A stretch of DNA of 58,836 nucleotides, filler included, from Catajapyx aquilonaris (Eukaryota), in the NCBI GenBank assembly GCA_000934665.2. It is 4 parts of 4 records of this genome, joined end to end, with 100 filler letters (N's around TTAATTAATTAA, not from the genome) between each part and the next. Parts side by side here need not be neighbours in the genome. Positions count along the whole stretch, not along the records: positions 44,169 to 58,836 come from JYFJ02007731.1; 3 more parts are not named here. One strand, 5' to 3'. The notes beneath the pieces were generated by a model that ran no database searches, was not told the DNA's origin, and saw only the letters and a program-made list of their open reading frames with translations. The translations under genes were made by a program, and so were the position numbers. Of the stretch, positions 48,784-58,836 are shown piece by piece. Each line of letters opens with the position of its first letter. Positions within the stretch are counted from its first letter, which is position 1.

Positions 48784-51700
48784 TTGTATTGGATTGGTGG
48801 CGATATATTTTCTGTAACATTTGATTGACCTCCAGCCCATTCTCATAGTGTGGGATGGCAGCAGACTCTCCTGCTCTATTTGATTACTGACATACCTTCT
48901 TTACTAATTGAAGGTTCCTTCTTCATAACGGTTGCTGCTCCAACTATTTAAAAGAGCCTTCCAGCTGCAGTTTATACAGAAATGAACAACATAAATTTAA
49001 TGGGAAGTGATAATATGACTTATACAATATGATTTCTTCAGCATTCCCGAATTACCAACTTAAGATGAGTTCTTCGTGAGTGAAATGAACAAAGTGGACT
49101 TTGCCTTCAGACTGCAAGGTAAAAGCTGGCTTGGACAGTGAGAAACATTCGCAATAATAATGATGTCCCAGTTTACCTTTATTCCAGTTCTTATTTCCTC
49201 AACGGCCTGGGCCATCACGGCGCAGGTGCTACCTACTGGTTCCATAAATCGAGACATGATATTTTTGGGCCTTGGGAGGCAAATGATTCCTAGGCCCATT
49301 CCGTGTATAGAACATACTGTTGGCTAATTTAAGTTTTTTGTCTTTCGTACTATAGGGCTATAGGCTATTGCCAAGGCTATTACAGAATCTTCTCTCATGC
49401 TGGTTTTTGAAAGGATTCAAAGACTTTTTCACAGCATTCGTTACATTCCTTCGGCATGTCCCTTGTCCTTTTGACATCTTGATATCAGTGTTCTTGTTTA
49501 TACAGTACACCTGGACGGTTAATAAGTCGCCGAATGAGGCACTGGCCACTTCAGTTCTTCAGTGAAAAGGATTTCAAATACGCTTTGTTGCAAGAGTTGC
49601 AACATGTGAAACTGGCCTTGACAATATATACATTATTATTCAGTTCTCTTGCTTTGTCATTTCTTCGTGATGAGTATACCGTGAGTAACCGGCTTCTATG
49701 AAAGTCAGATTTTAATGCGCAAAGTAGCCGCCTTATGGCAGTACCACAACTAACAGCCTCCTATTTTGGCAAACTGTAGATTGGCAGTTATTTCTTATGT
49801 AATATTGAATTCAGCAGGTAGGCTAACATGCACTGAGGAACTGCTATGAATTCATTTGTGTATGAAAATGCAAAGTTTATGTATGAAAATGACTACATCA
49901 CCTTTGCAAGTGTTCATCGTCGCGACGTGAATATTTCATTACTGTGCATGATTATTATTGTTGGAACGTATTCAATTTTTCGTCTTCCAATGTCCAGTTT
50001 CAGTTTGCAGATTGTGATCACTAAAGGATAAAACATTGCAAAGGCTGAAACTGGTTTCAGCAAGTCACGTTGGTCGTCCCTGTTCGGGACACCATCCTTG
50101 CCCTTCTGTATCTGCTTCTTCTCTTCGTTTCTAAAGCCATCTGACACTCACACTTTTTAGAACTAAATAACGAGGAGCAGACGCTATAATGGTGCACTAG
50201 GGAACTTAACACTTCACCCAAACAATATTTGTCCAAAAACAATAAGTTCGACGGGATATTCGTCCGGTACAAAATGTTCGTCCAAACGACAACTTGTCTA
50301 AAATGTTTGAGTCCAAACGAACAACGTTGGGGTTTGTTTCTTCATTATTAAGTTTACAGTGAGATTCCAATGAGAAAGGCAAATTATTTGTAAAATTCAC
50401 GTCATTCCGAGTTTTGTGTCCAGACTCTTGTCTTCTCTTGTCTTCTCTTCTCTATAGTGTATTGATGACTGACCCGTCGTGTGGCATATTAAGTGTGACG
50501 GATGAGTTGTTATTCGGCTGGACCACTTTTGGTTTGTACTTGTAGAACTATGTGACATTGATACCAAACCATGTTGCTCGAAACATACTTAATTAACACA
50601 ACATACGTGAATAAATAATTATATTAGTCAATCTGGGTAGACAATGTCTTGCCGGGTATGTACGTAGTGCAAACACTGATGATGATTGAATTGATTTGCA
50701 ACCAATAGTTTCGATCCGTGTCTTACTCTACTCTACATCATCATCTCTTTGGGAATGCCCAAAACCGACAGTCGCCATATGTCACTATGTATTAAATCAT
50801 GTTGCCTTAAAGAGAACTTTGACAGTTTTCTGTTACTTATTAGTGGCTGCTTCTCAGTGGTTGAGGGGATGCCAACCCTCCACCCCATCTCTTCCGATTT
50901 TATGCTGCAAGACACCATGTCCAATCTCATTGATATCACCTGAAGATCTGACTGGGTGCTTGCTGTCTTACCGAACTACGTATCTTTCTTGATGACTTCC
51001 ATTGAAATGGAACCGGATTTTTGCAACACTTTCCATCGTCTTTGGCTAGTGTCTATACTTGGTATCATCACCTCTTCTTCCCTTCCTATAACTACTCATT
51101 GGGACGGAAAAAGACCAAGTTTGTACATCTACGTATATAAAATAAATAGATGCAAGGAGCATTTGACAATATGTCGCAGTTTTCCTTCACCTGCACCGTC
51201 CATCCATTCATTTTTTGGTGTAATTGAAACTCTTCTATTGGCACCTATTATGTGGAAGTATAAAAATTTGTGGCTTATCATTTTGATTTAGCAGTCGACG
51301 TTAGAATATATCGGTATTAAAATATTAACACTAAACAAATGGGCGTGATATTCATTATGGAAGTGTCGAAGATGCATTATCGCTTACTCTGTTGCCTCAA
51401 GTTGTCTGAGTTAGTCCGTCTCGTTTGCTAAGCAGACCAAGGCAAAATTTGTTGGATAACTAAGATGCCTTGTGTTTGGAATCCTTCATAACAATCATGT
51501 TGTAGCATCATATTCGGTACTGGCTTTTGAGAGGCCTATGTTGCTTGTGAGACTGACGGTATTAATTTGTCAATCTTGGCTGACCACATTTGATTGATTC
51601 ATTATGTATTCTTTAATTATGGACTATACCTACTGCTTCAGCATTTGATCAGGACACAATTCAGTGAAGTGATACTCCACCATTACTATATCAGTGGTTC

Positions 51701-52330
51701 CTCTGCCAGACATTTTGTGTGGTCGACATGCATCTCAAACGATGCCAATGCATTATTTGTACGTGTCGTTTGTCACTTTTATGGTCCATGGGAATGTGTT
51801 GCATGTAGCACTGTGGGGTCATCATCGATTTGACGAATTCGTATCGAGCCCTTCTCTTTATGAGTACCAGAGTCTGACTGTGTTATTCGTAGAAACAGAA
51901 GTCGTTTGGCATTTAAGCTTTTTCATGGTAGTGTTTCAATCCTCTTTAGTTAGGCGCATTGTGGAATCCTATGACGGCCACAACAGCACGTAAACCACCA
52001 ACAGGGTTGCCAGGTAACCAAACCTGGACAAACAAACAATCCGACATACTTTGCATTTTATCATAATAAAGGTGTACAAAAGTACTACTTACATCATCTT
52101 AACACCTTTTCTGTTACAAATATGTGGTAAATTCATGTCCACATACAATCGACGACAGACGTGGTACTTTGTCCAATGTCTCCTCCGTGTCACCTCTTTT
52201 TGGATGGAGGATGTAACCTGCAGTTGTACGTATATCGACTGATGTCGTAACAATGTGTGCAGAATGTATTCCTTTACTATTAGGGGACATTTAGAGGATA
52301 CATGATTGTATAAGTTTACATGTATAATTG

Positions 52331-55300
52331 TGTCCCAGAATATAGGGAAATATTGTACATTATAAATGCAACACGACGTGTTACTGTTTATATCTTCTTC
52401 ATCATACATCACGGCGTTTTCTCAAATAATTTTGGTGGTTGTCAGTGGGTAACCAAAGACAGAAAATTCTGCATGACGCACAATTTTGACATGTGACGCA
52501 CTGAATACGTCCTAACCTAATATGGAATTTTAATATGTTTGATTATATTCTATCGATTAGGACTGTCCAGTGCTGCCCAAAACATAATAAACACAACATA
52601 ATGTACCGGTAAATCAATAGGTCAATCTGTTATTAATAAGTTTGTCTCTTCATGCACGGAGCGAGGACCATTACACGATCTCCCTTCCTATAGCTTTGAG
52701 AGTTTTGTTATTCGTAGAAAGAGAAGGTGTTTGGTTTCTCAGCGTTTTTCCGGGTAGTGTTTCAATCGCATTTAGTTCGGCTCACTCCGAAATCCTCTTC
52801 TGCCTGACACAGCGACCATGTATGCCTTCCAGACGATTCCTTCCACTTGTGAGGCTAGTTAAGGCATTTTACGTAGGTGAGTTGAAGGAGGATGACGACA
52901 TTTTACTCTGATCGTAACTACTGTAGCTAGGTATTATATAATTTTTTTTCCTCTGCTGCGCTTCAGACGGCTCCGAAGGTATATTTTATAGTCCCTGAAT
53001 GAGCTCCCTCAATGATATCGGCTACTCTGGTGTTGTCGGCATGAAGGGTTTCATACCCTGCCAGTAGCTGTTCAAGATGTGTTGTTCTGGATGACGAGAT
53101 TTGCAAGCCGACATCAGAAAACCTTCAAATATTTCTTCATCCCCTTATTAGGTGATAGTCTGAATGGATGGTCACATGGCACTTGAGACATATATTTACC
53201 TCGCTAATATTCCGCAGCTATTTATCTTGTAGGCCAACTACACTAAACAATGAGACTATCCATTCATTCTGACATAATATTGCGCAAAATTGGGGGAATG
53301 CTTTCAGTCTGTTCGGTTAGATCTCCATAAGTCTGTAGAGATGTTGCGTAAATGTGTACTGCCACAGAGCGCCCAAGAATGGGTGGTACAAGTGCAGATT
53401 AATGTACGTAAAGGAACCAATTTACAATATATTCTGAATGCACCGTCCAAAATCTGATTTTTGTCTGACTAGCTAAGCATGACTTGATCATGAGCAGATA
53501 CGCAACAGGACCTGTATTTACTGCTAATTTTAGGACTACAAAACAATTCCTATATCCGCTATGATCTTTTCATACATCTCACATATTCCTTCATGCTCTT
53601 TTATATTATATGGCAGGCCTTCTTAGTGGCTGCTTCTCCGTGGTTGCGGGTAAACCCCCAATGTCTTCCGATTTTATGCTGGAAGACACAATATATTTCA
53701 AGATCTGACGCAGTGCTTGCTGTCTTACCGAATGTGACGTTGACGAGTTCGAGTGAAATGGAACCGGATTTTTGCATCGCTTCCCATCATCTTTGGCTAG
53801 TATTTGAAGCTTATCTGTACACATCTTCTTCCCTCGCTGTAATCCACCTACGGAGTAGTGGTACCGAATAGCACCAAGATTGTTGACCTCAAAAGGAATT
53901 TTATACAACAGGAAACTTATACGTCGCAGTTTTAAAAAATGGGTTCACCCGGTCTGGGCCATCATGGAGCAGGCGGTACCCTACTTATTCCGTGCTGCTA
54001 TAAACAATATTTTTGGACCGTGGTAAGCTGTTACTTTCTAGGCTCATTCCTTCTAGCACAATGTAAATGACACATAATGAATTCTGTACCGTTTCGTCCC
54101 AAGCTGGGTTCACATACTGCTGCTAAATGTTCTGCATTGCACGACATCTGCGGACCAAAGGCGGAAATTGGGCATAACCAAAGAGTAGTTTTTCATGCTC
54201 TCCCTAATGTAATTGACACTCTTCCAAATTTTGTGGCAATTTTTTGTGTAAAGAGCCGACGTTATGATATCTGTTTTGATATTAACACGGAATGATCATG
54301 TTCCTTAATCGTTAAAATGTAAACTCACAACAGGGTCGCTTCTCTAACAGGGTCTTTGACAGCAGCCCACTTGCATCAACTACCCTTAGTCAACAAAGGA
54401 GAGCTCCTCATGGCCAATACTTGGAAGGGGAGAAGGTCCGGCAGGTGACGATGACGGCGGGAGAGACGAAAAAAAGCGACCTTCACCTAAGGAGGTCAAC
54501 ATGCAACTGGACGGGTCCCACCCCCATTGCGCATGCTGGGAACGGGGGACAATCGGAGGGCATCATGGTAACGTTGCGTCTTGAATACGTCGCAGTAACA
54601 ATGGACGGGGGCCAATAGGAAGAGGTGGCGGCAACAATATGGGGGCGGACCAATCAGAGGGGTTCGGTCAAAGTCCGCAAGCATAATTATTATAGATAAT
54701 GTCCCAGAATATAGGGAAATATTGTACATTATAAATGCAACAAGTTTTACTGTTTATATCTTCTTCTTCATCATACATCACGGCGTTTTCTCAAATAATT
54801 TTTGTGGTTGTCAGTGGGTAACCAAGACAGAAAATTCTGCATGATGGACAATTTTGACATATGACGCACTGAGTACGTCCTAACCTAATATGGAATTTTA
54901 ATATGTTTGATTATATTCAATCGATTAGGACTGTCCAGTGCTGCCCAAAACATAATAAACACAACATATAATGTCAATCAATAGGTTAATCTGTTATTAA
55001 TAAGTTTGTCTCTTCATGCACGGAGCGAGGACCATTACACGATCTCCCTTCCTATAGCTTTGAGAGTTTCGTTATTCGTAGAAAGAGAAGGCGTTTGGTT
55101 TCTCAGCTTTTTTCCGGGTAGTGTTTCAATCGCATTTAGTTCGGCGCACTCCGAAATCTGCTTGCCGGAGCCTTCCAGACGATTCCTTCCACCTTGTGAG
55201 GCTAGTTAAGGCATTTTACGTAGGTGAGTTGAAGGAGGATGACGACATTTTACTCTGATCGTAACTACTGTAGCTAGGTATATATAAGTTTTTCCCTCTG

Positions 55301-55671
55301 CTGCGCTTCAGACGGCTCGTGGTGAGCTCCGAAGGGGATATTGTATAGTCCCTGAATGAGCTCCCTGAATGATATCGGCTACTCTGGTGTTGTCGGCATG
55401 AAGGGTTTCATACCCTGCCAGTAGCTGTTCATGATGTGTTGTTCTGGATGGCGAGATTTGCAAGCCGACATCAGAAAAGCTTCAAACAATTCTTCATCCC
55501 CTTATTAGGTGATGGTATGAATGCATGGTCATAATTAAGGCACGACTGGGACATATATTTACCTCGCTAATATTCTGCAGCTATTTATCTTGTAGGTCAA
55601 CTACACTAAGCAATGAGATTATTCATTCATACTCAGACATAATATTGCGCAAAATTGGGGAAAATGCTTTC
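52331..55671. repeat. Direct duplication of ~970 bp (52331-53305 and 54700-55671)
   Basis: Line-by-line similarity with scattered substitutions and small indels. Confidence 0.92.
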
Positions 55672-56718
55672 CATTAGAGCAAACTTCTGGGAATACCTGA
55701 AAGACATCATCAGATATTAGATATCCCTGCTGCTCAGGAAATTCAGCAAAATATATTCCTACTCTAAACATACAATCCGGGGCAGGTCATCCACTTCCCT
55801 CTGACATTCATCCTCCACCATTACTATCAGTGGTTCATCTGCCGGACATCTCGTGTCGTCTGTATGCACCTGAAACATAGCTTCAAAGACTGTTTATGGA
55901 GTGATGTCGTTTGTCACATTGATCGTACATATGATTGTGGTGCATGTATCACTTTGGGGTCAAAACTGGGTAGGGAAGGGAAGGTCTCGAGCCCTTCTCT
56001 TCATGAGTACCAGAGTCTAACTGACTGGCGTCAACTGATGATTAGTATTACGGTCTGAAAGAGCCCTTCAAATAATATTCAATGTACTTGGAGGACTAAA
56101 ATATGTAACGAGTTCTTTGAGTACATAGATGTTGAGAGCTGTACCCAACTCGATGTAATTCTCCGCATCATGAAATTAGTGGCTGTAGTGGTACAATACT
56201 TCTGGCATGTTCTGTGCAAAATATTTTGTTAATAATTAGTTGCTTTAGCGTTCAGGTCCGTCCCACGGCAACAATCAGTCCTGATGTGTTAGAGGAGATA
56301 TCCTTATTAGTGAAGAATAACTCCGCTTTACAGCTTTCCATTCGCCATGATTCTACTCGACGGGTGATAACTCTTCACTTTCAATCCTGTAGTAATGGGG
56401 TTTTTGTAAATGTCACGAATTGTTCCTTATCCAACTACATATTGGGTCAACAGTCGGGACCACTTTCAATAGTACCTTCGTACCTGTATGGATACAGCCT
56501 GGTTAAGACGTTGCACTTTGTAATACGATACAACGCAAAGTGTATTCCTTGCCTAATTTGCAAATATGTGCATATAGCCTGGAGGCAAATGTAAAATACT
56601 TTTAGTATTATAGCATGGGAAATTTGGCCTTCCTCTTTCCCCCTATGCTAATGAGCAGTATTCCTGATCGTTCGAATTTGGTTACGAGAGCCCTGCAATA
56701 TCGTCGGCTGTACTTGCT

Positions 56719-56938
56719 CTTACTGGCGTGCGGGAGGCGGGAGGGTAGTAGTCGGTGGGGGCAGCGGGCTGTGTCGCTAAGATAGGTCTGTATCCGAAAG
56801 GAAGGAAGGTTAGGCTTGGTTAGGTTAGGTTGGTACAGCATACCCCTTCCAAAATCCCAAAAAATCAATCTGCCTTTGCGACATAGCCAAGCTGCCCCCA
56901 GCCACCACTCCCCCTGCCGCCCCCTGCACGCCAGTAAG
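56719..56938. mobile_element. Palindromic MITE-like insert with internal (GGTTA)n
   Basis: CTTACTGGCGTGC...GCACGCCAGTAAG ends, imperfect arms ~75 bp. Confidence 0.65.
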
Positions 56939-57227
56939 GGTTACTCTTTCCATATCGTCAAGCCACTGCTGTCCGCATTATGCGCACCCGTGTTATTGGA
57001 CACGATATTGTGGCAGATAATTTTTCCTCTGGAACAATAATATATTATTACCAGTCCATTTATTGCAACGGGAGAATGGAAATGAAGCCACAATAATGAC
57101 ACTCTTCAGACTTATTCAACACTTGAGTGTCTCTATACTGCTTCTGTAGAATTGTCTGGTTGATGATTGTCGTGAAAGTAGTTCTTGCCATCTTTTTTGT
57201 GTTCCAGGAAACTCCTGGAACTCTGAT

Positions 57228-57789
57228 TGATGTTGGTAGTGTATGGTTGTATGGGCCATGTCGTAATCAACAGGGATGCCAGATTTACATCCTGCTATTC
57301 TAACAGTATTCGCCAGACTGATTGTTGGCACAATAATTATTATGTCTTATTTTTTTTACAAACTAAAACAAGAAACTCAGTCCGAAGGAGTAAATATTTG
57401 GTTACATAGTCCTATTAGGCACTGTGGTTTATATAAGAGTAGGTCATCGTGTTTGGGCGTGATGGTTGATGGTGTGATGGTATTTGGTTTGTTGAAGGCC
57501 TAATGTTNTGATGTTGGTAGTGTATGGTTATATGGGCCATGTCGTAATCAACAGGGATGCCAGATTTACATCCTGCTATTCTAACAGTATTCGCCAGACT
57601 GATTGTTGGCACAATAATTATTATGTCTTATTTTTTTTTACAAACTAAAACAAGAAACTCAGCCCCAAGGAGTAAATATTTGGTTACATAGTCCTATTAG
57701 GCACTGTGGTTTATATAAGAGTAGGTCATCGTGTTTGGGCGTGATGGTTGATGGTGTGATGGTATTTGGTTTGTTGAAGGCCTAATGTT
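57228..57789. repeat. 280-bp tandem duplication split by a single N (probably an unmerged haplotype overlap)
   Basis: Copies 57228-57507 and 57509-57789 differ at only a few positions; N at 57508. Confidence 0.85.
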
Positions 57790-58836
57790 ACCATGTTATT
57801 AATAATTCAAATGCAATGCGTAGGTTGCCACTTTAATTGGTGAAATAATGATAATTTTAGGATTTGGCGGTACAATGTGCCACTGAAGTAAATCTTATGC
57901 TACAATGTAAAAAAAAAAAAAAAACTGTCGCTCTCCAAGGAACAGTGTTAATGCTCATTTTCCGAGTCACATTTGTGGGCCTTGAGGTTATTGTTTGATT
58001 GCAATCATTTTGGGATAAAAGCTGGGAAACTAATAATTTGTTACAGAATATGCATTTTAGGCCTGATAAGGGAAGAGGGGTAGGCCTGGAGTTTGGCGGT
58101 CACTTCGACGTAACTATAGGTATGATATAATGTGGGCCATGTTGTAGGCTAGTGGAATTGCTTGGGGTGAAAACGAAGACTAATCCACGAAACAAAACAG
58201 AGTGTAAATATAGTTTCATTCCCTATTGTTATGTTAATGTATCTTTACAGATGTGATTATGTATATTATAAATGGCGTGATGTGACATCATGTCCTGTTC
58301 TCAGTGGCTGTTTCTTGCATTTTTCTCTTCAAAGAGCTGCGTCTGAGAGTAGGGACTCCTTCTCTGTCCAACCTCCCTCCTTGACTGCTGCAACTCCTCC
58401 TGCTCATCAGGACATTCTTCAGTCTCCCCCAGTCCAGTTGTTGTCAGTGCTGAAGTGAAGTCCACTGATCACATTCTGTTGCGAATATTGAAGTAAAGGG
58501 GCCAATAATAATTGACAAGAATGCAGCCTTGTTGATGTGTTCGCATCATTTACGGGCAGAGTGGTGACGGAATAGGCGTACTTTTGTGTCGCCCTTTGGT
58601 GGGCACGGCACATCAACACTAGGCCTTTGCTTTTTCGTAACTTCTGCACCGAAAAGGACTGTGATCCGTCAGTGTCCGACACTGTTGGACCAAAGATGGC
58701 GTCCACCATCGCAGCGGAGCGACCGAACCTTCCAAATCATAATGTGATCAGCTCCTCTGCTGCCATCTGGTGGTAGGGCACGTATTCCGCCGTAGTTCGC
58801 CTCCCGTCCACCATGCGGCGCTGGTGTCCGATACAT

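Larger units (their letters stand above)
50750..57500 (-). pseudogene. Reiterated, highly decayed integrase-like modules
   Basis: Stop-riddled motifs SYRKGDRVMVL, YLATVV...HPPST, SYHP...ANG, QVH; several mutually similar segments. Confidence 0.4.

Noticed and set aside
56805..56832. (GGTTA)n as interstitial telomeric repeat
   Set aside because: Only a few imperfect units, internal to a palindromic repeat element
57228..57789. Real tandem duplication
   Set aside because: A single N exactly at the junction and allele-level differences point to an unmerged haplotype overlap

Overview
Repeat-rich invertebrate nuclear DNA, probably from an arthropod (inferred). It is not one locus: four similar-sized contigs (1-14689, 14790-29385, 29486-44068, 44169-58836) are joined by identical artificial 100-bp linkers (N44-TTAATTAATTAA-N44), so adjacency across a linker carries no meaning. 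Contig 1 is CpG-rich, has no recognisable gene and looks like regulatory sequence. Contig 2 starts with the 3' half of a young Ty3/gypsy retrotransposon (RT end, RNase H, integrase, 3' LTR), followed by Helitron, MITE and LINE debris. Contig 3 holds the only host gene I can support: the 5' part of SMG1 (the NMD PIKK kinase) on the minus strand. It has eight coding exons with consistent splice phases, seven of them invisible in the ORF track, TE-filled introns, and two 22-codon upstream ORFs, one overlapping the predicted start codon (TGATG). Contig 4 has a gag-only LTR element and a reiterated field of decayed integrase-like sequence. I cannot demonstrate a novel system. The best leads are the SMG1 uORF leader, the fold-back-rich SMG1 intron, the gag-only element and the integrase-only repeats.
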